DNA from: the human T2T-CHM13v2.0 reference genome, Homo sapiens
Reading direction: 5' to 3' (one strand)
Assembly: GCF_009914755.1 (NCBI RefSeq)
Contig: NC_060935.1
DNA: 64,000 bases
Shown here in pieces: positions 1 to 14,600 of the stretch. The notes beneath the pieces were generated by a model that saw only the letters and a list, made by a program, of their open reading frames with translations, was not told the DNA's origin and searched no databases. The position numbers and the translations under genes were made by a program. How positions within the stretch are numbered: the first letter of the stretch is position 1; every line of letters begins with the position of its first letter.

Positions 1-669
1 TATGAAACGGTATGCTTTGAAAAAAAGTTTTAAAATTAGATAATTAGTTAATATATATACATTTATTCATCTTAGTAATTCTTCAGGAGAAGATTTAATA
101 ATTTTTTTGTAAAGCAGTGAGAAATAATCAGAAAACATGGAATTAATTATGGACAATTCCCTTTTTAGGTCTAGTACTTAAGTAAAACAACTTGCCCTTT
201 AAGATCTCCTTTTATGCATTAAAAAAAAACTCAATTGGCATAAAAATGTATTGGGGGTATGAGTTGTATAAAATTTTGATATTGTAGCAATTGGTGTAAT
301 ATGTCCTTTTCACCCTAATGTGAAACTTAAAACTAGAATTCCCATTCTATGATATTTATTTTTATCACAGTCATATTTTACTTACTTGACAGCAGAGCCC
401 CTAACTGCTTAATTTGCAGTCAGTATGTGTTTCAACCTAGGGAATCAACTCTGTTCATGAACCAGCATAAATGTTAGAGTTACATGTTTGCCTTGGTCAC
501 AGGTTATGGGAGACTCCAGAGTGTAGGAGCCTTATAATGTGGGCTGCAGGGCTCAAATGATTTACTTTTAGGCTTACAGGCTTTTAAACATCATTTCCTA
601 CTACAGAAATTTTTACAGACAAAACAGGAATGTAAATCAGATAGGTGCTGATCAATGACTTTCTTAGAA

Positions 670-1094
<425 letters not shown>

Positions 1095-1594
1095 TGTTAT
1101 TTTTATTTCTATTTTTTTTTGGAGGCAGGGTCTCACTTTGTTGCCCAGCCTGGTCTCAAACTCCTAGCTTCAAGTGAGTATTACAGGCATGAGCCACTGC
1201 ACTTGGCTTCTCCCTTATTTTAATATAGCTCTAGTACAGAGAATCAGGCTGTAGTTTCCAGGCCCTGTTGAAAGGAGCAAAACATGTTCATCTTTTATTA
1301 GCTTTAATTATCACTCTAAGTCTTATGGTGATAATGCACGTCAAGAGGAAAATGTACGCATTTTTAAGAACTTGGGTCTTATTTGAGTTTCAGTCTTCAT
1401 AAAATATTTTCTTTGTGTGTTGTTGCTATTTCTATTCTTTATTGTTTTCTTAGGAGAAAAATAAGCTTGGTATCCCAGGTATAAAAACTGCTATGGAAAC
1501 TAGCAATGTGTGTTAATATGGCAAATATCTCCCTTAAAAAATTTATTTGTTTAGACTGTCCTATAAACACAGCGTTTTCCTCTCTCCACCCTAG

Positions 1595-1747
<153 letters not shown>

Positions 1748-2793
1748 TGATTTAACATCTTCTGTCTGTATTTCATGGAAGACATTTATGATGCTGCTCT
1801 GTGGTGCAGAGTACCAATAACAAATGCTGATTGCTGCTGTCATTCAGTATGCTCTTTTTTAAAATTGAAAGTTATTACAATGGCGTAACTTAGTTATAAT
1901 GACAGAGCTTAGTTAAATTTTGCTTATTCAGATAATTTTGCTTAAACCATATTTTTTGTTTACAGTTATTCCCATGAATTTTAAATGTATCAGATAAGCA
2001 CCATGTCATAGCATACTTTTAATTATTACTCTAGTTTGTGTTAAGTAATTGAGAATTAATGAGTTTAAGAACAATAAGGGTTCACTATGGTAGTATAGTA
2101 TTTAGTTTATATGCTTTATTTTAATACTTTATTTACCCCATTTAGAGATACTTTGTATTTTACAATTAATTTTAATATTGGCTCAAGTTATTTAAAAAAT
2201 GATCTTATACCCTGTGTGTGCATGTGCCTGTGTGTTAGAAATTTGTGTTTTTTGGCTTTTCTTCCTTACACTTTTTTTTTTCTTTATTCTCTTTTTCCCT
2301 CTCTCTTTTCCTCCCTTTATACATTGGCATGGTTACTTAAAAGTTCAGGTTTTCCGTTTGTTCTTCCTGATGGGAAACTAGTCCCCTAATTTAATCAGGA
2401 ATATTATGATCTCTGCCATTTATATACCTTTCCTTGGAAATTTTTTCCCACTCTTTTTACTTTGAGAACATGTATATTGATAATGTATCAGGTTGTTATA
2501 ATTCGGCTTTCATCTCTCTAAGGTTACTTCATGGGGTTTACATGATATGGCAGCAGTAACAACTTTTGTGTTTTAAAAATCCTTTTTCCTGATTTTTGTA
2601 TTGTTTGGAATATAATCTGGATTGGCTTTTCATTTTCCATACCTCTTTTTTAAGAGCAGTGTTTCACTTGTGAGTTGGCTGAACTGGACAGATATACTGT
2701 AATTTATATGGTCCTCTGATCTTTTTGGCCAAAGCATTGCACCTCGTGAAAAGTTTATAATTGTTTGTGCTGATTCCCACCAGAGACAAATAA

Positions 2794-3197
<404 letters not shown>

Positions 3198-4149
3198 CTT
3201 CATAGTTTTTATATTTGCAAAACAAGTGCTGGAAAGCTTATTTAATGTTTGTCTAAAAACCACTCTGTTTCCAGTGAAGCAAATTATGTTGCTGTTAATG
3301 ATGTTGCTTTATATTTCTAGTTGGATGATGCCCAGATTTTTATTTTATTTTTTCCTTAATATGTTATATAGAGATGAAACATGAGAATCACTAATCCTGG
3401 CTAGTCTGGAACCAGTTATATACTTTTGGGCAAGTGGTGAATCTCTTTGGGCCTAACCTGTAAGGTGATTGTAAAAATTCCTTCTGGTTCTAAAATTCTG
3501 TGGGTTTTATTACGGTGAGAGCATTATCATTGTTTTTCTTTTAGCCATCTTCTCTTAATACTTGGTGATAGGAATACCAGAGGAGCTTGTTAAGAAAGTA
3601 AGTTAGAATGTTCCTTCAGTATGCTTCTGAATGGACTTGTCTTATAATAGGTAAGTAAATACTGAAAAGGCTCAAGTATTAGTAATCATAAGATTAATCA
3701 TCAAGATATTAAATATTTTTATTAAAAATGTTTTCTTTCCTTTTTTCCTTCCCTTCTCTCTCCATCCCTTCCCAGCCTCCTTTTCTTCCTTCTTTTCTTA
3801 ATATTATTTCAATTCACAAAGCTCCTGTGGAGGCCATATGGTTTCTCAGATTAATTTAACTTTGGGTGGTATTTAATCGTGTTGTCACCCACTCATAATT
3901 AATTTCTGTTTGTAGTTTATTGAAGAAATTCCCAGTTAGGTGCCTTCTTTATGCTTGTGATTATTATCTACAGTTAAAATTCATTCAGTTTTTTAAGAAA
4001 AAAAATGAATCAAATTTCCTCATCATTTTATAAAATAATGTTCATTCTATTTCTACCTCTTTGATTCTATCAAATTTTAGCTAATCTGCTTGATCACCTA
4101 ATTCTAAGCTAGATGTGATAAATAACTAACATACAATTAAAAATATAGG

Positions 4150-4280
4150 CTTTAGAAGAAGGTTAACCTGTGTTTGAATGCAGGCCCTACAATTTACCAG
4201 CTGTGTGACCCTGGACCTATTTCTTTGCCTCTCTGAAGCTCACATTCTTCATTTGTAAAATGAGAATTAAATAAGGATTT
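4150..4280. mobile_element. MIR SINE fragment
   Basis: MIR core-like tttaccagctgtgtgacc...ctctgaagctcacattcttcatttgtaaaatgag. Confidence 0.7.
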
Positions 4281-4464
4281 CATACACATACACATATATG
4301 CATTTGTATATACATTATATATGAATGTATGTATGGATAGTCTTACAAAAAAACACATACTCTTATTGGAATATACTAAACATATCTTTCTATACTTAAC
4401 TTTCTTCACTCAGCAGCTTTTCTTGGAGAAATTCCTTATTATCTTTTTACCCCCGTGTTTTTTC

Positions 4465-5590
4465 TTATGGTAAATAAACATGATACAAAATTTGCCATCT
4501 TAGCTATCCCTAAGTGTATAGGTAAGTGGTATTAAATACATTTATAATGTCATGCAGCCATCACCACCTCCATCTCCAGAACTCTTCATCTTATAAAACT
4601 GGAACTGTTCTCATTAAACGGTAATTCCCCATTCTCCCTTCCTCCCAGCCCCTGGAAATCACTGTTCTACTTTCTGTCTCTATGATTTTGACTACTCATA
4701 TACATCATATAAGTGGAATCTTACAGTACAGTCGTTCCTTCAGTATCTGTGAGGGATTGGTTCCAGGACCCTCTGTGGATACCAGCATCCACAAATGCTC
4801 ATTTACCGGATATAAAATGGTGTAGTGTTTGCATATAACCTGCACACATCTTCCTGTGTACTTTAAATCATCTCCAGATTACTTATAATACCTAATACAA
4901 TGTAAGTGCTATATAAATAGTTGTTATGCTGTATTGTTTAGAACCGTGACAAGAGAAAGAAGACTTCATGTTCAGTACAGAAGCAATTTGTTTTCCCGAA
5001 TGTTTTCGATTAGCAGTTGGTTGACTCCCTGGATGGGGAACCCAGGGATATAAAGGGCTGACTGTATTTCCTTTTGTAACCGGCTTATTGCACTTAGCAT
5101 AATGTCCTCAAGATTTGACCTTGTTACAGCGAATGTCAGAATTTTTTTCATTTTTAAGGCTCAATAATCCATTTTACATATGTATGACATTTTGCTTATC
5201 CATTCATTCATCTGTCTATGGATATTTGGGTTACTTATATATTAAAGCTGTTGTGAATATTGCTGCTATTAACATAGGTATACAGATATCTCTTAGGGGC
5301 CATGCTTTTAATTCTTTTGGGTATATACCCAGAAATGAAATTGCTGAGTCATATGGTAATTCCATTTTTAATTCCTTGAGAAATCACTGTGCTGTTTTTC
5401 ACAGTGGGTGTACCATTTTGTATTCCCACCAGCAGTGCACAAGGGTTCCAATTTTTCCATATCCTTAGCAATACTTGTTGTTTTCTAGTTTTTTGATAAT
5501 AGCTATCCTAGTTGGTGTGAGGTGATATTTATATTGATTTGCATTTTTCTAACGATTAGTGATTTTGAGCATCTTTTCATTAATATTCTT
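4465..5590 (-). mobile_element. L1MB-type LINE 3' end, interrupted by MER2
   Basis: Characteristic antisense L1M 3'UTR and ORF2-end text (cccagcccctggaaatcactgttctac; ttttgggtatatacccagaaatg). Confidence 0.8.
4729..5064 (+). mobile_element. MER2 (TcMar-Tigger MITE), nested in the L1
   Basis: Termini cagtcgttcct...agggctgactg with TA on both sides (4727-4728, 5065-5066). Internal sequence matches the recalled MER2 consensus. Confidence 0.9.
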
Positions 5591-6373
5591 TTAATAGTTC
5601 GTATATCCAATGTAAGAATGTCCATAAGTTGTTTCAGTTTTTATGTTAGAAACAATGCTTCATATAAAATATTAAAAATATTTGTATACATATGCGAGCA
5701 CAATTATAAGGTAATTTGTTAGCACTGGACTCCCTAGGTCATGAAGGGTATATACCATGTATGGTGTCACCAGTTGTGCTGCCAGCTTGTCTTTGGTACA
5801 CAGCAAGGGAGTGTTGATCTTCCCAGACAGTATCACCAAAGCACTTTCAGCAAACTTCTAAATTCCACACTGATCTTTTATTTTTCATTTTTTAGTTTTG
5901 TAAATGTTTTATTTTAATGAGAGTTTCTGGAAACTTATTATATACTGTTCTATTGTGTATATTTTTCTATTTTTTCATTTTCTGCCGTACAGTATTTCAA
6001 GTTGAGGTACTATAACTGTACTGGATACATATATACTATGTAGTATACTGTTTTCTTGCCATTTTTGTTACTATGTTTTATTTGGAACTTTTAAAAAATT
6101 CTTTTTGTTTGCAGTGATGTATACAGATTGCATGTTAAAGTAAAATTCTTAATGTTTATAAAAGTAATTATGTTAAAATGTACTGACTCACCCAGACAGG
6201 CCATGTGTTCAAGAACAGACAAATTCCCACTGAAACCATCTGGGCATAGGATAGGAAGCACAAAGTAGTAGCCTTTCAACAACTTTATTTCTTCAGTGGG
6301 TATCAGGATGGTTAGATTATCTCTCTTCTGGAGTCAATACTAATAAATTATAATTTCAATACGTAATGGAAAG

Positions 6374-6455
6374 AGCCGGGCATGGTGACTCCTGCCTGTA
6401 ATCCCAGCACTTTGGGAGGCCAAAGGATTACAGGCGTGAGCCACCGCGCCTGGCC
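6374..6455. mobile_element. Two Alu 5'-end fragments fused in opposite orientation
   Basis: gccgggcatggtg...tgtaatcccagcactttgggaggccaa (+) directly followed by ggattacaggcgtgagccaccgcgcctggcc (-). Confidence 0.9.
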
Positions 6456-6568
6456 AGTTTCAGATTTTTATTGTGATCTTTTCCTAGCCAGAAACATCAT
6501 AATATATGAATAGAATTTAATATAGAGACCTTTTTGATAACATCTGTTTTGTTTTGGTTTTTTCTTAA

Positions 6569-6841
<273 letters not shown>

Positions 6842-7478
6842 TAAGTTGAATTGAGCTAGACACATTTGAGCTATGCTGCTGAATAATCTTTTCACAGTTC
6901 TCATTGATGAGAATTATTTTTATATTGTTTTCTGGCTTTCTGACTATGGCTATAAATATGCCAATTCTAATAATATAAAATTAAAAACTATTGATACTTA
7001 GAGTAATACTGACAGAGGACTCCCTACTTACTAATATATTTATTATATATTAGTAATATTTTCTTTAGCAAATACCAGTTATACTAAAGACTAAGAGTTA
7101 TTTGTCTTTTCCTTTTGTAACAACACTAGTCCATGTACCTCCTTCAAATTAAGTAAATTCCAAAGTTGCTGAAAACAAGGCAGAGTGGATTTAGTTTATT
7201 ACCCCCTAAAACTTTTATTCTCTAAAAATCTCTGTCTTTTGAGTATTTAGCTGGGTTGATTGATTTTACAGTTGGCTTATACCCTAGTGAGAAGGCCTTT
7301 ATTTGAAATCCAGCTGACACAACTGAATTTCTTTCCCTATGTGCTTAACAAAAGCACCTTACATTTGGAACTTAGGAGTCATTTCCAGAATATGTGATTA
7401 ATAGGAGGCTTCTCATAGCAACTTTTAAGTGATTCTTCAACTTACATTGCTGTTCCACTCTTAAGATTGATTAATGTT

Positions 7479-7811
<333 letters not shown>

Positions 7812-8318
7812 TTAAAAATTTAAATATGATTATATAAAATATTTAAATTTGTTTAGATTTTATTTTATAACTAGAAGGATAGTGTTGTGGTTAGAAGAAC
7901 AAGTTTGAATCAAGCTTGGGATGTAGTCTTCACTCTACCATTTAACCAGTACTTGGAACTTCGGTTAAAGTACATCTAACGTGTTAGAAATCTCAGTTGT
8001 TTCACTGTCAAACGAAACTTATAATGGCTATCTTTTGTGGTTGTAAGTAAGATGCGTAAGTTATAAATAATACGTATATATAAATCAGTTTGGCCTGTTG
8101 CCCAGCACATAGTAAATATTTTGAGGTGCATAAGTTATAAGTAAGATATACATATAAATCAGATTGGCCTATTGCCCACCACATGTTAAATATTTGGAGC
8201 GTTAGCTATGGTTATTATTAACAAATACCAAATCAGTGTTAATGGAAAAATTGCCCTGAACTTGTTTAGGTTTTTCATAGATAATGGTTTGTGGTTGCGA
8301 TTTTTGTATTGGAATACA

Positions 8319-8321
<3 letters not shown>

Positions 8322-8357
<36 letters not shown>
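8322..8357. repeat. (CA)n microsatellite
   Basis: About 18 AC units. Confidence 0.97.
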
Positions 8358-8360
<3 letters not shown>

Positions 8361-11300
8361 GCATTTGCAATTATAGAATTACACATACATATATATAGAT
8401 AGATATCTAGTCAAGCTTTTTCTAGTTCTTATGATACCATTAAGTACAACATGATCATTTTGGGGGTTCCATAGAGAGTACCCTCAATTGCTTATTCATT
8501 GCCATCCAAACAAATATGAGAACCACTGTCCCAAAGAAGAGATTGTTTTAGAAGAATTCTCAAAATTTTATTGTTGATAGTAAAATTATGGTGAGCTATT
8601 TCTACTAGAATTTCTAGTCTTATGAAAGCTATTTCTACTAGAATTTCTAGTACATTTATGAGTTAGTCATTGTTTTTTACGATAAAATGGGACTAGATGT
8701 GCTCTCATTTTAATTTCTTAACTCTATGAAAGAAATGTAAAGGAATTATAATACATTGTTTCATTTTATTTTACAGAAGTCCTGATTCCCATTGTCTTTG
8801 TAGAAACATGTTTATGTAATGATTACACCTAAAATTCATCGTTTATAATATTAATATTTAGTGCTAGGGTGTTCATGTCCAAGCTTCTTAGTAAAATATT
8901 TAAAATGTTTCTGACATATACATTTAACATTCAATTACTTAATGAGGAAAATGTTTTCTGACAAATTATTGCTAGAAGGAAATTAATTTTCAGTCCTTTT
9001 TTCATTGCGGTCATCTAAACACTTCGTGATATATTACTTTTGATCTAGAGTTACAGTTTTGGAGGAACGAGACACTGGAATTAAATGTGTTTCTGGTATA
9101 TTGATGAGCTCCCAGCGGAAACAATTTCTAAAAAAAATTATATTTTATGATTTTTCAAAATAAATGGTCAGGTAGTTGTGTAAATCTTATAATTTAATAC
9201 CAGTATTAAAAACCTTGAAAATATTTAAAAATATTATTTAAAGATATTCACAGTAATTCTATCCAGATTTAAGAACAATTTTTTTTCTGCCCACATAATC
9301 CTAAATATTTTTATTAGTTAGAAGACCTTCTAAAGTATATTTGTCACTGGTGCAGAGCCCAGAATAGTTTGGGATTAATAGTCTTTGTTTTTAAAGTCTC
9401 CGGGAAAGCTACCAACTTACTTTTAATCAAAGGATGGGTGTCAATTTGCATCTATTAGTATTTTTTCTGTTAAGATAGCATCTTCTACATCAGTGGGCAA
9501 AAATAGAAGTGTGAAAGAAATATGTCCCTGATTCAGCAAGTGACATCTGCAGTCACAAAGGAGTGCTTTTCCATGTACTCAAATACAATAAATTGCTCCT
9601 CCCTTCTCATCTTTAGATCTTTCACTTATAAAGCCAGAGCTAACAGAATGTCTCTTTAGCAATACTTACAGGATTCGATACAAAGATGTTTTTGAGATAA
9701 CTTAAAGTTAACTCAGCTAAGTAAGCACATAACTAAAAGTATTTTAACAAGATTTTTATATAGTAATAATGAGATTTAAACCCAGCAATCTAGCATAATA
9801 GCTTTTCATTAAAATTATTAGGGTTCAAGATACCTAAGACCTAAAATTTGAGCTCTGTCAGTTTCTTAGGATAAAATAGGTAGAGACATGTGACTTATTT
9901 GGATAAGGATCCTCTGTCTGTAATCATTGAGTCAAAATACTTGTCTTCAGTCTTTTCTGTGTGTATTTTTGGAAAGGGAGTCTGATCATTTTGTCCGCCA
10001 GATTTTTGAATCTCAAACACTAATTTTAATGTAGTGAAGTAGGAAGTACATATGTCAAACTAGTCTTTGCTGTGTCAAATATTTTATGCTTACCAATGTT
10101 TATTCTCTCAATCTTGTAAAGTGTCATTTTTGTAAGATTTCCTGCTAGCTCCAAAGTATATCTAGAATCTTTGCTTGAGTGTCAGATGTAGTTATAGGAA
10201 GGAAGCATAGATAAGAAGTGCAGTGAAGAAATCAAAATCAGTTTCACTACTGCAAATAATTATTTTCTTGCTGTAATGTTAGCAGTCAGAGAAATAGCAT
10301 TTGTGACAAAGATCACTACTAACCATGGAGAGTATAACAAAATGACTAAAACTTAAGTTTATATTCAGTTAAAGTACCAATTTAGCTAAGTGAACATTTT
10401 GCATAGAGCACATATTTACTATAAATAGGCTTTTGCAAAAAATAATCACATTTTAAAAAATAGTTTTAAAACGTTGCACATGAGAGCATATACCTAGAAG
10501 CTTAGTGAGGAAAAGTTTTATTATACAGCAGGTTCACAGTTGATTCAGAGGGAACAGCCATGTATTGTGACTTTGTGATAATGGATTTTTAACAAAACAA
10601 ATTGTGTCCACATAAGACTTGTTTTTTTCTAATTATCTATAAAGCTCCTGCATATGTTATTTTCCCCCTTTGTACAGTGTGGAAATTGAACAAGTAGATG
10701 TATTTAAAGGACTAAAGAAGCAGACTTATTATTATCTCACAGTTTTTAGTACTAATGACCAAGCTTGTACTCTAGTTGCTTGTTGAATGCTTTGTCACTC
10801 AATTCCTAGTTTTCTTTTCAGATGGAAACTATCAAAGGCTATAGTTGTTATTATCAAGATCCAGTGATATTTGTGTAGACCTTTTTGTCTTACCTCATGC
10901 TAGATGGCCATGTTTAAGATTCATTATAGACATTATTTTTGCCAATCATTACTAGAGTCATGGTCATCAGAGCAGAGGGAAGCATTTGTTCACCAGATCC
11001 ATTTTGCAAAAATATGAATTTTTAAAAATCTGTTCACAAAACTGTTGAACAGCTATGTAGTCTGAACCCCCCCCCACCTTTGTTTTGAAGTATCAGAGAG
11101 TTCCTTAAAAGGATTTTTGAAATTTTCAGCCATACATGACAGTAGAGAGAATGATATGAATTCCTGTGTGCCTATCACCCGCGTCTACATTTATCAATTT
11201 TTCACGATTTTTTTTATACATTTCCCTCCCACCTTTTTTGTTTTGTTTTTGTTTTTGTTGGAGTATTTTAAAGTGAAACTTATACATTATATCAGTAAAT

Positions 11301-11489
11301 GTGTCCTAATACATTTGAGTGTTGGTGCATGAGAACATTTATTGAAAATGACTTAGCACTCAATCTTTAGATATCCCAGTTTAATAATAAAATTGCTAAC
11401 ATTAGTTTTTTCTATTGAATCTCCTTTGGTGCAGGTGTAACTGAATCTCCTTTGATGTAGATTATTTATACCTATTATAAGAGATTAAG

Positions 11490-11600
11490 AGGCTGGGCAT
11501 GGTGGCATGTGCCTGAGGCAGGAGAATCACTTGAGACTAGGAGTTGGAGGCTGCTAGTGTGCTAGGATTGAGCCTGGGCAACATAGTGAGACTCTGTTTC
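11490..11600 (+). mobile_element. Degenerate, internally deleted Alu monomer
   Basis: ggctgggcatggtggc...gaggcaggagaatcacttgag...gcctgggcaacatagtgagactctg. Confidence 0.75.
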
Positions 11601-12747
11601 TATAGTGGGGTCAGAATTAGTTACCAGGCAGCCTGACTCCATAGCTTATCCTCATAGCCAGTTTGCAATTCCTTATCTCCATTGAACTACTTACAAGGTA
11701 TGTATTGGTTGTATTCAGTAGTTTGCTTTACTTAAAACCTACGGATAGTTTGAAAAGCAGGCCTTTTTGTTTTGGATAAGCCAACATTGTACTGTTTCTT
11801 CAGAAATGTTCTTTGCCTTTTTTATATTGTGAAAAGGTAGTTATTTTTATAGTGTTCATATGTGTCTCTCCTTTGTCTTCCATTTGAAATTTTAAAATTT
11901 GGAGTGAAATGCCTTCTATTCCTCTGTGAATGTACTTCTAAAAGAATATGTAGGAAACAGTTAATTGTTAATATCACTGCAGTTTACTGACTCATTATTC
12001 TAACCAGTTGAGGAGGCCGCATAGCATGCTCATCTCAGCATCCAGACATGACTTGAGTTCTAATTTTTCTTTCACTACAACCCCTTTAAGCCCTGATTTC
12101 TTCATTTATAAAATGAGGTTGATGGAGTCTTATCTCATAAGATTGTTACAGGAATTGTATCCGTTATGATGCTTTGCAAAATGGCTGGCCCTGTAACTGC
12201 TTACTAAATGTTAGCAGTAATGATAGTCATGTTAATTATTAGTAGTGGTCATCTGTTTGGCTTGGCATCAATGCCTCAAATAATATTTTACGTTTGGGTG
12301 GTTATGTTTCTAAGATGGACATTTATTGCAGCTATCTTGTCAAACTGTGACTACTTTTTTGTCTTCTTTCTATTTCACAATCTCTATTCTCTTATACCAT
12401 AAAACTTCAAGCTTTAGTCGTACTCTGTACTCACTTGCCTCTCTTCAACTCTGTTCTTAACTTCTCTGATACTTGTCTATTCTTGCATATTGGAGTTTTC
12501 TATAACATCAGTCAACAAAAACAGCTCTTCTGGTTAACAGGCTCTAAGTTGTCCTTATCCCTTCTGAGGCCCTTTTCTCGGTCAGAAGTCTATATACAGC
12601 AGAATGTCTTCTGTTAAACTCCACAAGCCTACATCTATAAAAGGCACTTTAAATTCTAAAAGATAGATATTTTAAAAATACATAGTCTTTTATTCCTTCA
12701 AACACGTGCAACTTAACAATTCTTGGATTATGTTTAAAATAATTTTT

Positions 12748-12865
12748 GGCTAGGCATGGTGGCTTAAGCACTTTGGGAGGCTGAGGTAGAAGGATCCCTT
12801 GAGACCAAGGAGTTTAAGACCAACCTGGGCAAGATAGAACTGTCTCTACCAAAAAAATAATAAAT
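12748..12865 (+). mobile_element. FLAM-like Alu monomer
   Basis: ggctaggcatggtggc...ctttgggaggctgagg...accaacctgggcaa, then an A-rich tail. Confidence 0.8.
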
Positions 12866-13680
12866 ACCTCTACTAACAATTTTTATCTTTTTTATTTAAA
12901 AAGGTGATCTAGCATTTCTAAAGAAATGAGTTTAGAATTGGATACATTTTGGTTGTTACTGTAAACTGACAGTATATCAGGTTTTAAGAAGATTAGGCTG
13001 GCTCTTCTGAGGTTGCAGACATGAATAAAACAATACAGATTTTCTGAGATGTTATGTTAGTAAGGGCAAATAGGTCTCAAAGTGACATATGGAAGAGAAT
13101 CAGAAATTGTTTCTTATTTTTGCTATCATACTTTGAACTCTGCAGTGAAAGATCATTTCGGCAACATAAACTTACCTAAGGATAGCAAAGCTATTCAGTT
13201 GCCAGACAGTTGTATACTGTGTTTATTATCCTCAGGAAGCGCAGGTAGCGTCTGTTTAATATTTTTACCATTATTCTGGGTGCCTTTGGTTTCTCATTGA
13301 CACAGTTATGGAATAGCTCATTATTCAGACTTTCAGATGTTACTGCAGAAGAGTTTTTAGGAGAAGGTTGATCCATCATATGGCCATAATGCAGTACACT
13401 CAATCTCAGTTTGACATTAAAGATGCAATCTTTTATATTGCCTGTGTTTAGAATACTGTTAGAAAGGAAACATTAAGAAAAGTCTAGAGAATATTTTGAT
13501 TTATTGTCATGTTTATGCAGGTGTCCTTCTCTAGACACAAGGACAAGAGCTTTATCCTCATCTTTTTATCCCTAACACCTAACAAAGTGTCTGACACACA
13601 TAGTAGATGCTTAGTTAAGGTTTTTGAATAAAAGTGAAGTATCTTAAGGTAATGATTTTAAAGACAGTGGTGGTGGTAGT

Positions 13681-13681
<1 letters not shown>

Positions 13682-13721
<40 letters not shown>
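13682..13721. repeat. (TG)n microsatellite
   Basis: About 20 GT units. Confidence 0.97.
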
Positions 13722-13723
<2 letters not shown>

Positions 13724-14014
13724 TTTGGAAAAAGATTACAAAATACACCAGCAAAAATTCTTGACATAAGGGATGCTACTTCATATTTTGTTTCTAAGTT
13801 TAATAGAAATAACAGAAATGTGAATTAAAGCCAAAGAGAAATTTGAACCACTGATGAGGCTAAAATGGTTTTAAAAAAAATTTGTTCTTCAAAAGCCATA
13901 AAACTCTGGTGAACGTCATGAAGGTCATCAAGACACCTTACAGGGAAATTAAATTTATTTCCCTTCCTAGTATACCCCGAAATCCCCTTAATTTCTGATT
14001 CACTCCAGTGGTTC

Positions 14015-14600
14015 TGTCTTTATGGGGTACATTCCATGACCACCCACTAGTTCAGTGATTTACTGGAAGAACTCACACAATTCAGTATAAAGCTGTACTC
14101 ACAGCTAGGATTACAGAAAAGGGTATAGTGCAGAAACAGCAGGAAAAAGATGACCATAGGCAAAGAGGTCACAGGCAGACTTCCAAGGTATCTCTCTCAC
14201 TTTTTCCACTAGTTATACAAGACTTTCTTTCCTCCCCAGCTTCATGCCTCAGAGGCACATGTGAGATGTCTCTACCCAGGGAAATTTGCATGAGTCTTAG
14301 AGACTGTAGTTCTCAAAGCTAGCTGGTCAAGTAGGCATATTTCCACCATGTGACCAGCCATGGTATACACCCAAACCAGGTAACAAGTGTGCATGATGAA
14401 TCTTCATGTTTACTTTAAACATATTGTCAACCTGCTTCATCTAAACCTACTGCTTCAGGTAAAATAGAGTAACATCATTATTCTGCAATCATATGAGTGA
14501 TCTGGGAGTTCTTGTTCTTAGAGTTTGATCAAGAATCATTGCCATGGCTATAGAGATCTAAGCAAGAACTGAGTAAAACAAAACAGACCTGCTGCATTCA
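14015..14600. mobile_element. Solo LTR of the MER21/MER68/MER77-like group, flanked by L2-like sequence
   Basis: atgaccacccactagttcagtgatttactggaagaactcacacaattcag resembles the recalled terminus of this LTR group. Exact family and the right end are uncertain. Confidence 0.55.
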
